Positions 1 to 14,020 are shown, counted from the stretch's first letter. The stretch: 64,000 nucleotides of DNA from Tubiluchus corallicola (GCA_030141605.1 JAQGDQ010000868.1:22466-86465), one strand, 5' to 3'. Numbers and translations: made by a program. The notes: generated by a model from the letters alone, not told the origin.

Positions 1-1120
1 ACCCTGTTACGCCCAAGTGAATGGGGGTACCACCGCACCCTGTTATGCCCAAGTGAATGGGGCTACCACCGCACCCTGTTACGCCCAAGTGAATGGGGCA
101 ACCACCTCACCCTGTTACGCCCAAGTGAATGGGGCTACCACTGCACCCTGTTACACCCAAGTGAATGGGGCTACCACCTCACCCTGTTACGCCCAAGTGA
201 ATGGGGCTACCACCATACCCTGTTATGCCCAAGTGAATGGGGCTACCACCATACCCTGTTACGCCCAAGTGAATGGGGCTACCACCACACCCTGTTACAT
301 CCAAGTGAATGGGGCTACCACCGCACCCTGTTACGCCCAAGTGAATGGGGCTACCACCTAACCCTGTTATGCCCAAGTGAATGAGGCTACCACCATACCC
401 TGTTACGCCCAAGTGAATGGGGCTACCACCGCACCCTGTTATGCCCAAGTGAATGGGGCTACCACTGCACCCTGTTACGCCCAAGTGAATGGGGCTACCA
501 CCTCACCCTGTTATGCCCAAGTGAATGGGGCTACCACCGCACCCTGTTACGCCCAAGTGAATGGGGCTACCACTGCACCCTGTTACGCCCAAGTGAATGG
601 GGCTACCACCTCACCCTGTTATGCCCAAGTGAATGGGGCTACCATCGCACCCTGTTATGCCCAAGTGAATGGGGCTACCACCATACCCTGTTACGCCCAA
701 GTGAATGGGGCTACCACCGCACCCTGTTACGCCCAAGTGAATGGGGCTACCACCTCACCCTGTTATGCCCAAGTGAATGGGGCTACCACCATACCCTGTT
801 ATGCCCAAGTGAATGGGGCTACCACCGCACCCTGTTACGCCCAAGTGAATGGGGCTACCACTGCACCCTGTTATGCCCAAGTGAATGGGGCTACCACCGC
901 ACCCTGTCACGCCCAAGTGAATGGGGCTACCACCATACCCTGTTACGCCCAAGTGAATGGGGCAACCACCTCACCCTGTTACGCCCAAGTGAATGGGGCT
1001 ACCACCGCACCCTGTTGCATCCAAGTGAATGGGGCTACCACCACACCCTGTTGCGCCCAAGTGAATGGGGCTACCACTGCACCCTGTTATGCCCAAGTGA
1101 ATGGGGCTACCACCACACCC
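1..1120. repeat. 36-bp minisatellite (ACCCTGTTACGCCCAAGTGAATGGGGCTACCACCGC), ~31 copies, truncated by window start
   Basis: Unit read directly; period 36 matches the 12-aa repeat in the ORF track; an in-frame TAA at 359-361 argues against coding. Confidence 0.95.
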
Positions 1121-1494
1121 AAAAATTTCTCTACAGCAGTAGTATAAATTAAGTTTGTGACGTATAGACAATCTTTCTACCAATTTGTTTTTGATATTTT
1201 TCTAAGTTTAAGTGATAAGTAAAATAAAGATTCAGTAAAATAAACTCATCATACTAAGTGACATATCTCTTTCTTTAAATTTCTTTACTCCTATCATTTA
1301 CTTCATACATCCGGCAAGCAGAAGTTTAACTAATCCTTTACATTAGAAATACACAAGGGCTGCATTGGGAAAATGCCTACGGCCGGGGATCACCTCTTCC
1401 CGAAACGACGGCTTGTGTAGCTGTCACCAAAGCTTTCCGGAAGCTGAACACTTTCGTTTTATGGATGCTTAAGATGGATATACAATGAAATCTT

Positions 1495-1580
1495 GTTATA
1501 ATGCCAAGTCTGAGACACCACTAAGTGTGGTGCTACAGTTATAATGCCAAGTCTGAGACACCACTAAGTGTGGTGCTACA
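1495..1580. repeat. Perfect 43-bp tandem duplication
   Basis: GTTATAATGCCAAGTCTGAGACACCACTAAGTGTGGTGCTACA present twice back to back. Confidence 0.9.
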
Positions 1581-2643
1581 GGACAATTAGACTAATTAAC
1601 AGCCACTTATAGGTCGACCTTGAGTCAAGCAGCTTTAACAGGCATTAAATTCACACAGTTCATTGCTGAAGCTCAGCTATGCAACTCTTATATACTTATA
1701 ATGGATACTCCTTGCTCAAAACCTCAGCATTCACTTTCATGCAGTCGCTTGCTACGTAATCTTAATTTAAACGCCATAATTGTTTTCTTATCAGAGATCA
1801 TCGTTTTTACAATGTTATGTCTGTTTGTTTTACTTTTTTGTGGCTGGTGTTATAACTGGGTAAATTTATTATGTAAAATGGACTTTTGGCACAGCAGATA
1901 TGTAGCCAGTGCAGTAGGCGAGGTTGGCAGTATTTCCTATATTTATTATCGAAATCAGGGCAGGGCAAAAGTTGGCATTATGGCAAGGCTGACGTTATAG
2001 CATGGTGGGGGGGGGGCAGGGTATACCGAGGTTGGACTGTAGATGCAAAATTTTCTTGAAATTTTGGCATTTTTATGTTGTTCTGTTATTTATCAAAGAA
2101 ATTTGATTAGAGGCTGTTTTGTTAGCTTTCCGGAAAAGAAACGAAAGACCCTGATATACTGAAAAGAATCGGATATCAGTACAGCACCTAATTTGTTTCA
2201 GTATTTGTGCACTACTGCTGCAGCTTTTTACTAAGTGTGAAAATTATATTGTTCAAATAAGGCAATATTTTCCATAATACTTAAATGCAATATTAATTGT
2301 ACTAATGTTTCATACATTGGCTTATTGCTTGTGATGCATAATGTCCACATAAGTTTATTTTGTTGAACAAATTAATTTACTGAATCATTATCATCATCAT
2401 CACTGTCACCATTTTCATTGTCATCATCATTATCATCATCATCATCGTCATCATTATCGTTATGAACTTCGCTAAAATTGTCATAGAGGTCAGCATCTTT
2501 TTGTTGTCAATATAAAGTTTATATTAGACCTATAATTTTTTTGAAACTATTAAAGTTGTGCCAATCGTTTCATTATGGAAACTCATTTCGTCGTATGTCA
2601 CTTTTTTTGAACTCTAGAAAGCAATATGGCTTTTTTATTTCAG

Positions 2644-2991
2644 ATTTTTACTTTAACGGTCTTGGTTGTTGGAAGGATGTGGAAACAGACAGAGATTTAG
2701 ACAAATTTGTCCGGGGGTCGCTCGGCACAAGTGTCGATGCTTGTATAAACCATTGTGCCAGAGCTCTATATCCGTATGCAGCGAGGCAAGGCAGTCGTTA
2801 CTGTTGGTGTGGAAACACGTATGGTAAACACGGTCCTGGAAGCAGTGCTTGTAACTTAGAGTGTGGACGGAATCCACTCCAACAGTGCAATTACCTCAAT
2901 GCAAGGGAGGACGAAACACAATTTTTCCACGATGATACCGGCTGCGAAACGTGTGGAGGAAGGCTTATGAACGAGATATATCTGACTAAGG
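2644..2991 (+). CDS. Mosaic gene, internal exon A: WSC domain 1
   Basis: Acceptor ttttttatttcag|, donor G|gtaaga, 348 bp, phase 1-1. Translation GLGCWKD...SVDACINHC...YPYAARQGSRYCWCGN...CNLEC...CGG...IY is the WSC Cys pattern. Confidence 0.85.
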
Positions 2992-3441
2992 GTAAGAACC
3001 TCTATTTTCGAGTCTCTTACAAGGGCAGTGGCAGCTCGTTCCCATTACTGGGGTTGCTGCTTCAGAAATTTTTAGCCATTGTTTTAATACTGTGTAAAAT
3101 GTAACAAACGTGTGTAATTTTAATGTTTTTGTTATATTTGAAGATCAGGTGTTGAACGGCCTCTTCTTAACTGCAACATTCTCATGGAGAGACAACTGTG
3201 AAAAGTTAAGCTGTTGTAGTTCACTTACACAGAACTTATTTCTTGGGGATGCGTTATTAAATAATTTATGTTTTAAGCACACACGCTAAGTTTACACTTT
3301 ATCATATCCACTAATATGACTGTGCACGGTAAGCACGTGGCAATTGTTACTGTGTTAGAGATAGTACTTTCTTTGCCTAGCAACAAATGCTAGCATACAA
3401 CATATTATCTCATGTGCACATGGTCGCATGGGCTACAGAGA

Positions 3442-3790
3442 GGGCTCTTATTTTAAATAAAGAGCTTCAAGCAAGGGCACTTTGTCTCAAATAAAGGGTT
3501 TCAAGCAAGGGCACTTTGTCTCAAACAAAGGGCTTCAAGCAAGGGCACTTTGTCTCAAACAAAAGGCTTCAAGCAAGGGCACTTTGTCTCAAATAAAGGG
3601 CTTCAAGCAAGGGCACTTTGTCTCAAATAAAGGGCTTCCAGCAAGGGCACTTTGTCTCAAACAAAGGGCTTCAAGCAAGGGCACTTTGTCTCGAATAACA
3701 GACTTCAAGCAAGGGCACTTTGTCTCAAATAAAGGGCTTCAAGCAAGGGCTCTTATCTCAAACAACGGGCTTCAAGCAAGGGTACTTTGT
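3442..3790. repeat. 34-bp intronic minisatellite, ~10 copies
   Basis: TTCAAGCAAGGGCACTTTGTCTCAAATAAAGGGC recurs at 3466, 3500 and onward. Confidence 0.93.
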
Positions 3791-3958
3791 CACAAATGTT
3801 TTGGTTTTGACCTACAGTTTAACATTTGATCCAGTTTCCCTTCAAGGTTCATAGTGACTATATAAATGTTTTAGCGCTATAAATCACTGACGGCTTTAAA
3901 TTTTTTTACTTACCAGTTTAATTATTAATACTAGTGTATTTGTGCTAGCTTGTAAGTA

Positions 3959-4311
3959 CAGTCAACCCTCGCAACCCTCGTTAAACCAGACTAATTGGGG
4001 GTGGGGGGGGTCCGGTTTAGCAAATTGTCCGATTTATCCTATATGCCTATATATGGTCTATATTATACAGGAATAATCACCTTAATAAGGCCTATACACA
4101 TTGCACTATATACTGTGCTCTATATACTATACTGTATATTACTTTAAAATAGTTAACCTGTGAGGATAAAGAAATTATTGTACAGTTGGTAGGCCGTTTT
4201 GTGTGTAGCGCTCCGGCTCGGACGGAAATCGGTCAGTTTCATTTACCACGGATGACGTCCGTCTTATCCGATATCCGGGCTAACGGGGTCCGGTTTAACG
4301 AGGGTCCACTG
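3959..4311. mobile_element. Tc1/mariner-superfamily (pogo/Tigger-like) MITE
   Basis: Left end CAGTCAACCCTCG[caaccctcg]TTAAACCAGAC; right end reverse-complements to CAGTGGACCCTCGTTAAACCGGAC; TA on both sides; no coding capacity. Confidence 0.8.
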
Positions 4312-4358
4312 TACTTATTTATACTTCATTTATTCGTTTATTTATTTGATTTTTGAAG

Positions 4359-4508
4359 TTCCGATGACCGGTCAGCCCTTGGGAAGTGGATGCTTTAAAA
4401 GTAATAGCACGGCGCACTTTTCAGAAGAGGCAGATTGGGAGCTCGAACGAATATCAATGTCTCCGACGATGTGCGTCTTTTACTGCTCCGCCCGATCATT
4501 CCATGATC
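4359..4508 (+). CDS. Mosaic gene, exon B: WSC domain 2, N-terminal half
   Basis: Acceptor tttttgaag|, donor C|gtacgt, 150 bp, phase 1-1; GSGCFK...SMSPTMCVFYCSAR joins in frame to exon C to complete a WSC domain. Confidence 0.75.
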
Positions 4509-5149
4509 GTACGTATCATAATAACCACTTAAATGGATCCATGTTTCTAAAAGGTTTATAGGTTTATATGCAGTTGGTGCACTTAATAGACTCACTTTGG
4601 GATGGAAGTGCAATTAGCCGACTGGTGTAGTATTACTAATATAAAAGTCATCACTTTTTTGCTTATGCTCTGTAGTAAAATAGTTCTGTTGTTTGTTTAT
4701 CTTGTGGTTAAAGCTGCTTGCTGATTATTGTTGTTTATAGCGTGGCGCGTGAGTAGCCACGATGGGCATGGCAAACTATCAAGACTTGACTTAAAGAGCA
4801 ACACATTTATTAAATATCAAACACAACATAGTAAATACCATAGGATAGTAATGCCAGCCCTCCGTCACCAAGTCAGTTCCTAATCTCCCCCGAGGTGCGG
4901 GCCTCAAATGCTTTTGACTAACTCTCTAATGCGCCGTGAGCTTCTGCGCATAAGGGTTTCATCATCGTGAGTCAAACAGTCGGCTGGTCACGTGATGCCA
5001 CACCTAACTAGGCTTCTTGTCAAGCATTTGATTAAGTTAAATAATTTAATCGCCAATTTCATCAAAATCATTAATTAACACAGCTTCCCTTTACTTCTGT
5101 ACTACGATCAGAACTTCTGTACTTCATCGATGGGATGTACTTCATCAAT

Positions 5150-5687
5150 TGTTTGTTGTTGGCATCCTTCTGTCTCGGAAGACAATAGAATGTGCACCAA
5201 GAGAGTCAGTTATTGATCACATTGATGGAGCTGCAGTGTCGACTGTGGCTGAGCAGTGCGATCCTTGAACGTCTGGGCAAGGTGTATGGAGATCCTGAGT
5301 TACCCTGACAACAGGAACCCCCTCTCTTCCTCCCTGGTGTAGTCCAAAGGAAAGCGGAGCGATACATTTGGCACCAGGTTGGCTGCAGGAGCTGCCGGAG
5401 TCAGTGAGCATGCTGCACTGGTCCGCCTTCGGGGCTCCACTCCTAATTTGGAAGGTTTACTCCTCTACACATGGCCGTTGGGTTACTTGACCTCCTCCTA
5501 CCTCTAGCCGTTGGCTGCTTGCGCAGCTCCTCCGCCTAGTGTTTGAGATACAGTGTGGGTATCTCGTAAGCTTACAGCACCTGGTATTCCTGGGCGGTCA
5601 CCTATCCAAGTACTAACCAGGCTCTATGTTGCTTAACTTTGGTGATCAGACGAGAACCGGTGTTTTCAACGTGATATGGGCGTAGAC
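5150..5687 (-). mobile_element. 5S rRNA-derived SINE (SINE3 type) with RTE-like body, copy 1
   Basis: Minus strand 5687-5568 is a full-length 5S rRNA-like head (GTCTACGCCCATATCACGTTGAAAACACCGGTTCTCGTCTGATC...GGAATACCAGGTGCTGTAAGCTT) with no oligo-T terminator. It is followed by a ~410-bp body shared with copy 2 and a CAA-type tail. Confidence 0.88.
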
Positions 5688-6086
5688 ACAACATACGGCT
5701 GGGATAACAGCAACAGTTAACGGATTAATAATTTTGTGAAGAGCACAAAGAACTTCCAAAGGAAACCGCTAGACAAGTGACTAAATGTTGAGCTTCCAGT
5801 ATTGGTTGGATAACAAGGTTAAGTGCAGTGAAGAGGCTGGTGACAGTTTCAAAGCAAAACCGCCATGCTAGCGTAATAGTTCGTGATAAACGTACCTGCT
5901 TACAAATCAAAATGGTACCTAACATGACTGTTACTACCTATTGTGCAGAGACACGAACTAAGACATCAACTAGCACAAGCTTTTTGATCTGTCTTAAATG
6001 TTTTATTTAAGTAACTGAAACTAAAATACTGAGAGAATTATGCGGAGTTATTTGAGTCAATTGCCAACAATTTGAGTCTGAGTATA

Positions 6087-6774
6087 TAGTCTAGTCCCGT
6101 TATCTCGCCACTGTCCGTCTAGGGCAAATTTTTTGGTTAGAGGCGAGTATGGCGAGATAATGGGAATATAACGAAGTTAGTCTATATGTATATATATAAT
6201 AGTTGATTAACATAGTGTTCCTCTAATTTCGCACTAAATACAGTAGCAATTTCCTGCTGTGTCTTTGAAGAATTATTCGCATGATAAATACAAATTTCCT
6301 TTTTTTGTTCAGGATTAAGACAAAACAGTTTTCGCTTCAGAGACATCATGTAAAGTTGCTCACACTTTGTGGAAACTCAAACTTAAACGCAGCTTTCGTG
6401 TTATACAGTAAGGATATCGGTGACGCTTTAGTTTCTCTGCGCATTAACCAACCACAGCGCTCCTAATCTAATCCTGGTGAGACACACACTAGATTAATTA
6501 TGTCTGTCTATGGAGTACAGCAGCATTGTCTACATACCGCGGTTATATTGATCGACACGCGGTATATGTATTGATCGATTCACCTCTGAGTTTGTCTGTT
6601 TCGTGACATAACGAATATAGTTTACATAAGCACTCATCCTAGCATGACATGGCGAGGGCGAGAAGCGAGGGTGGCGACTTAACGAGGTAAATATCAAAGC
6701 AGGAAATCCGTCCTTTCTTTGGCGAGAGACGAGTTTGGCGGCATAACGAGGGGCGAGATAACGAGGCTAGACTG
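6087..6774. mobile_element. Second pogo/Tigger-like MITE
   Basis: Left TAGTCTAGTCCCGTTATCTCGCC versus reverse complement of right end CAGTCTAGCCTCGTTATCTCGCC; TA flanks; subterminal GGCGAGATAA repeats. Confidence 0.8.
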
Positions 6775-6930
6775 TATGTTGAATAGGAGAGGCCTGTACC
6801 AGATGTTTTTGTGTCAGTTAGGCGACTGTGTCTATTAACCGTGAGTCTAATAAATGATGTCTGCGTTACTTTACAATATTTGGTCAGAAATTAAATATTC
6901 TTGTGTACAGAGGATTTTTGAACTTTACAG

Positions 6931-7122
6931 AACCAAAGAAAGCCTACAAGTTTGCAGTTCTCACCAGGTATGATAAGTGTAGGTGCGGAAATGAGCCTGT
7001 CATTGCAGAGAGCGTTGATGCGAAACACTGTGACGTCGTCTGTGGAGGAAGCTTCACGGGACACGACAATTTTGGATTTTGTGGAGCGACGGGATATCAC
7101 AGTGTTTACGAAACTGTTCATG
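6931..7122 (+). CDS. Mosaic gene, exon C: WSC domain 2, C-terminal half
   Basis: Acceptor tttttgaactttacag|, donor G|gtaaat, 192 bp, phase 1-1; YKFAVLTRYDKCRCGN...CDVVCGG...CGATGYHSVY. Confidence 0.82.
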
Positions 7123-7215
7123 GTAAATTAATCTTATTTTGCAACGTCTGTATTTGTTTACATCGTATTTGACTGCTGTCCGCTTTTAACGGAGGCAGGA
7201 TGCATGGCACCACGG

Positions 7216-8420
7216 TTTTTCTGATTTAGTATGTTTTGGTGTGTTCATACGATTGTTCATATAAAAACACTTTCATACCAAGTGTAACAAACTCAGTGGA
7301 GATGCAAAAGTTTTTCTGATTCAGTATGTTTTGGTGTGTTCATACGATTGTTCATATAAAAACACTTTCATACCAAATGTAACAGACTCAGTGGAGATGC
7401 AAAAGTTTTTCTGATTTAGTATGTTTTGGTGTGTTCATACGATTGTTCATATAAAAACACTTTCATACCAAGTGTAACAGACTCAGAGGAGATGCAAAAG
7501 TTTGTCTGATTCAATATGTTTTGGTGTGTTCATACGATTGTTCATATAAAAACACTTTCATACCAAGTGTAACAGACTCAGTGGAGATGCAAAGGTTTTC
7601 TGATTCAATATGTTTTGGTGTGTTCATACGATTGTTCATATAAAAACACTTTCATACCAAGTGTAACAAACTCAGTGGAGATGCAAAAGTTTTTCTGATT
7701 CAGTATGTTTTGGTGTGTTCATACGATTGTTCGTATAAAAACACTTTCATACCAAATGTAACAGACTCAGTGGAGATGCAAAAGTTTTTCTGATTCAGTA
7801 TGTTTTGGTGTGTTCATACGATTGTTCATATAAAAACACTTTCATACCAAGTGTAACAGACTCAGTGGAGATGCAAAAGTTTTTCTGATTCAGTATGTTT
7901 TGGTGTGTTCATACGATTGTTCATATAAAAACACTTTCATACCAAGTGTAACAAACTCAGTGGAGATGCAAAAGTTTTTCTGATTCAGTATGTTTTGGTG
8001 TGTTCATACGATTGTTCATATAAAAACACTTTCATACCAAGTGTAACAAACTCAGTGGAGATGCAAAAGTTTTTCTGATTCAGTATGTTTTGGTGTGTTC
8101 ATACGATTGTTCATATAAAAACACTTTCATACCAAGTGTAACAGACTCAGTGGAGATGCAAAAGTTTTTCTGATTCAGTATGTTTTGGTGTGTTCATACG
8201 ATTGTTCATATAAAAACACTTTCATACCAAGTGTAACAGACTCAGTGGAGATGCAAAAGTTTTTCTGATTCAGTATGTTTTGGTGTGTTCATACGATTGT
8301 TCATATAAAAACACTTTCATACCAAGTGTAACAGACTCAGTGGAGATGCAAAAGTTTTTCTGATTCAGTATGTTTTGGTGTGTTCATACGATTGTTCGTG
8401 TAAAAACACTTTCATACCAA
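7216..8420. repeat. 95-bp intronic tandem repeat, ~12.5 highly similar copies
   Basis: CTGATT(C/T)AGTATGTTTTGGTGTGTTCATACG... recurs at 7221, 7316, 7411 and onward. Confidence 0.95.
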
Positions 8421-8654
8421 AAATGTAAACATCTTTAAAATCTCCAAACTCACTCGATGAACAAATAGTTTGCATGTTTTACTTTTGCTAGTTTAAATTT
8501 AGAAATACAAAATCAGCAAGTTGAACAATAGAAACATTTAAAAAAAATTTTATGTTTCATTCACTTTCTTGATTCGTTTATTTTTTGCCGTCAAACCTGA
8601 TCAAAGTAGTAAAATATCATTTCGCATGTTCATTTGTTTATTTTTGTTTTTCAG

Positions 8655-8749
8655 CTTGCCCTTACATAAAACTTCCTCCAACTTTTTATGAGTTTGAAGA
8701 CAGCAGAGTAAATGTAACTTGGAACACTGAAGAAAGGAATATTGAGACT
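8655..8749 (+). CDS. Mosaic gene, exon D: fibronectin type III-like domain, N-terminal part
   Basis: Acceptor tttttgtttttcag|, donor |gtaagt, phase 1 to 0; ACPYIKLPPTFYEFEDSRVNVTWNTEERNIET shows the PP...VxVTW signature. Confidence 0.72.
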
Positions 8750-8770
8750 GTAAGTTGTGAATTTTTTACA

Positions 8771-9370
<600 letters not shown>

Positions 9371-9551
9371 TTTCCCACATTCTTTCTTCTTTTACTGATT
9401 TTCTATTTTCCTTTCTATCTATTTCTATCTTTCCTCCTATTTCTTTTAGTAGCTTTCCCTTTATTTACTTTCTATTTATTTCCATTCTGTTTCTTTCTTT
9501 TGGCACAATTCAGTTTTCTACATCTTGAAACCGTGGTTTAACATTTTCTAG

Positions 9552-9768
9552 TGTAGAAGGAAATATGGACAAGTACGTTTCAAAGTTTACAAGGCAACAT
9601 CGACAAATCTCGACACGTTTGATGTCTTGTGTAGTGATACGCAATTTTCACTTAGTTTTTGCACAATTAAGGATTACCATTCTTCAACGCAGCTGTTTGT
9701 TGCTGTATTTGCAACATCTTATAACATTGAAGGCAAGAAGGTGTTAGCAGTACCATCAACGACAGCAG
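9552..9768 (+). CDS. Mosaic gene, exon E: FN3-like domain, C-terminal part (absent from ORF track)
   Basis: Acceptor ttttctag|, stop-free frame CRRKYGQVRFKVYKA...FCTIKDYHSSTQLFVAVFATSYNIEGKKVLAVPSTTA, donor AG|gtttaa. Phase 0 to 1 exactly bridges exons D and F. The donor is weak. Confidence 0.65.
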
Positions 9769-10615
9769 GTTTAACCCTTTCATTCATATCTTACCTACAG
9801 TAATAGCAGTATTATAAATAGTGGTAAAAGTAAATTTATTTAGCTTCATAAACTTAATGCAATAAGATGCTAGCATATATAAATATGAACAGAGGTAACG
9901 AAAGTTCTGAAATAATCTGAAGCACCTAATTAATGCAAAAGATTTTCGTGTGAATTGCACGGTGATATAATAAATTTTAAAGAAAGAAAAAGATATTTAA
10001 AAATCATTTGTAATTAAACATATCATTGTAGGAATTCATTTCTATGTTTGATAATCGTGTTTTAATGGATGCAAAGAGCTTTGTACTTTGGTTTAATGAG
10101 TAAAGGAACTTTTGAAAAAGAATTCTCCAACTCGTACAGTGAAAAGTTTTTTAAACTCAAATTTTTGTTTATTAAGTTTGGTATGGAAAGAGTGTAATAT
10201 TTCAATTTATATCTGTTTCTCATTAAAGATAATCAAATGACACATTTCTCATTAAAAGGTCTTCTTTTGCAATACAACCAGTTTATTGCATGTATAACTA
10301 AAAATTCCATATACAGTGGATGGAGCTTTACTGAAGGCTGTTCAAAAGTTGCAAATTCTCTGTAGTGTAAAGTTAACATGTTCAACTTTAAAGTTCTAGT
10401 TTAAAGCCTATGTAATCGAGGTTTGAAATCTAAATTTAGGTTTGATAAAGTGCTTCTTTTAGAAAAAGGGAGATGTAATGATAAGTAACAAATCATAGGT
10501 GAATTGAATTAAAAGTAGATCATCATTGCGTGTCTAAATTGATCATGTTGTAACCTCCATTTTGTAAAACTAAATTTTGGATTAAATAATTACTTTAATC
10601 TTACTTAAGTGTTAT

Positions 10616-10650
<35 letters not shown>

Positions 10651-10867
10651 ACCCAAACATTACGGACGCAATAGCTCAAAAATAGAAAATGACACAACTT
10701 CTTACAGTGCTCGGGTCTTTTCATCTTTTGCAAGCAGAATTACAGTTTCAATCTCAAAAAATAAACTGAAACATTTACTTTGATATGCAAATATATCAAA
10801 TATTAATATATAATCATAACTATCACAAATAATCAAAACTTTCCTCATTTTGCCATTTGTTTACCAG

Positions 10868-11176
10868 GTGAAATCACGTATGAAAAACTTGACACGACCG
10901 TAAATCTTTTTGAAGACGATGCTTTCTCTGTGAAGTTTTGCAAAGTGATAGTATTCTCCAACGTGACGTGGAAGTTCAGAGATCAGAGGCTGGTGCACTC
11001 TAGTCCTTCGTATGTTAACACTAGCCGTTTTCAGTCTGTCCTAACCGAGTTAAATAATAATTGCTACATGGTGGAACTGAGCATTGGAGATATGAAACCT
11101 ACCGACGTGGCAACCGTCTATCAACTTGAAGTCAATACAACACAAGTATCAAGTTCTTACAATGTCACGCTTTCAT
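10868..11176 (+). CDS. Mosaic gene, exon F: Ig-like domain 1
   Basis: Acceptor tttgtttaccag|, donor T|gtaagt, 309 bp, phase 1-1; VKFC...VTWKF...CYMVELSIGDMKPTDVATVYQLEVN. Confidence 0.8.
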
Positions 11177-11298
11177 GTAAGTCTGCATGCATCGTGTTGA
11201 TGGTATTAGTCTCGCAAAATTTCAATAAATTTGCAGTTTTTTTATGATATGATCAATAAAAGTTATTTCATTTCATAACCATGCTTTTCACTAAGCAT

Positions 11299-11550
11299 TG
11301 ACATATTATGACACATTTTTGACATATTATGACACATTTTTGACACATTATGACATATTATTGACCCATTATGACATATTATGACACATTTTTGACACAT
11401 TATGACATATTATTGACCCATTATGACATATTATGACACATTTTTGACATATTATGACACATTTTTGACACATTATGACATATTATTGACCCATTATGAC
11501 ATATTATGACACATTTTTGACACATTATGACATATTATTGACACATTTTT
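11299..11550. repeat. 10/11-bp minisatellite (GAC(A/C)(C/T)ATT(A/T)T) with ~52-bp higher-order period
   Basis: Variants gacacattttt, gacacattat, gacatattatt, gacccattat, gacatattat recur in order. Confidence 0.88.
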
Positions 11551-12298
11551 TTATGACCCTAAGGATCAATTGAATCACATCAGATAGCAGCTTACACGAG
11601 TTCCTAATGTTGATCGCAGATGTTATTGCAATATGAATATAATATTTTGGGACTACTTTTGTGAATTTGCTATAAAAAGGCCAATCCATTTGCGAAGTTC
11701 GTTTGATTTCAATGTTCAAGAAGAATGTTAGAAGGGATTCAGTAGTAAAAGTGTTACAAGCGCTTCGTATAATTAATAAAATCACATTGAAGTTGCTCTC
11801 ATTTCAGCGCCTTTTAGGTGCCTGTTCTGCCACCAATGACGTTGTTTATTGACTAAAGTAAATCAGTGCACTATCAATTTCTGTTAAAACTATGATATGT
11901 TTTTGTGATATTTTACATAAGTAAGCTGCTGAAGTTTGATATAGTTTAAGCAGTATGGGAAACCATGATGCGGTCACTAAAAGTCATGAAATCCACTAGT
12001 TTCAGCAAAAATTCAAATTAAATGGCACCTACCATTTTGCAGTGCAGTATTAAAAATTACCCGTATGATTTATTACCAACTTTTGTAAAAATTTTTGTTA
12101 TACATTTCTAAGTTTAAGTGATAACAGTAAAACAAACCCAAAGTATCAAGTTACTTTACTTAAAAATGTTGATTGTTTGTTTGTAAAAATGTTTTCAATA
12201 TGTATTATGTGTTTTACTTTTATTTGCTTGCTTGTTTTTGCTTGTTAATATTTTAGTTTTAAATTATTTTGCTACAGTTTTGCTGTAGATTCTTTAAC

Positions 12299-13398
<1,100 letters not shown>

Positions 13399-13453
13399 CT
13401 TTAACAATTGTTCAATTCCACACCAATTAAATGAGTCAGTGTTTGTATAACAG

Positions 13454-13804
13454 GTCCCCCAACATTCATACCTGATAGCAAGTCAACATTCTTGGGTGAA
13501 ATTGGCGAGACAATAAAAATCCATGTTCAATTCTGCTGCAATCCCAAGTTTGAAACAATTCTGTGGAAGTGGAGAGGTGGTAGTTTGACCATGGTATCAA
13601 CCGTGTTCGGAAAGGAGACGCACAAAGACGGGTTCGTCGGTTACATAGACCGTCCTTCGGGGATGGCACCCATATGCTATCGGGCCGTGCTGATCGTGCA
13701 GGAAGCTGAGGGAAAGGATTTTGCCACGTACCGACTGGTAGTAAAGCAAGGTGACGACACAACCGTCTTTGATGCGCAAATTACATCTGCGTCTTTAGAA
13801 CCTG
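13454..13804 (+). CDS. Mosaic gene, exon G: Ig-like domain 2
   Basis: Acceptor tttgtataacag|, donor G|gtgagt, 351 bp, phase 1-1; CPPTF...GETIKIHVQFCCNP...ILWKW...CYRAVLIVQEAEGKDFATYRLVV. Confidence 0.85.
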
Positions 13805-13924
13805 GTGAGTTTTTATTTCTCTGCTACTAGAAAAGAGCATCTTTCTTTCTTTTATGTCTGTTTTCATTGCCTCTAAAATTTCTTTTTAACTTTTTCCTGA
13901 GGAGCAAACAGATTTGTGCGTTTT

Positions 13925-13989
13925 TATTCTTATTCTTATTCTTATTCTTATTCTTATTCTTATTCTTATTCTTATTCTTATTCTTATTC

Positions 13990-14020
<31 letters not shown>

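Noticed and set aside
17-1147. Cys-rich repeat protein (APCYAQVNGATT)n
   Set aside because: By-product of a 36-bp unit; non-ATG starts, internal stop, no splice signals seen.
1190-1262. Short similarity to 12105-12155 (TTTCTAAGTTTAAGTGATAA)
   Set aside because: Too short and AT-rich to define an element.
4729-5080. Solo LTR (TGTT start, minus-strand AATAAA)
   Set aside because: Could not find a matching end with a TSD.
5568-5687. Functional 5S rRNA gene (also 63182-63300)
   Set aside because: No oligo-T terminator, copies differ by many substitutions, both are fused to the same body, and one has a TSD, so they are SINE heads.
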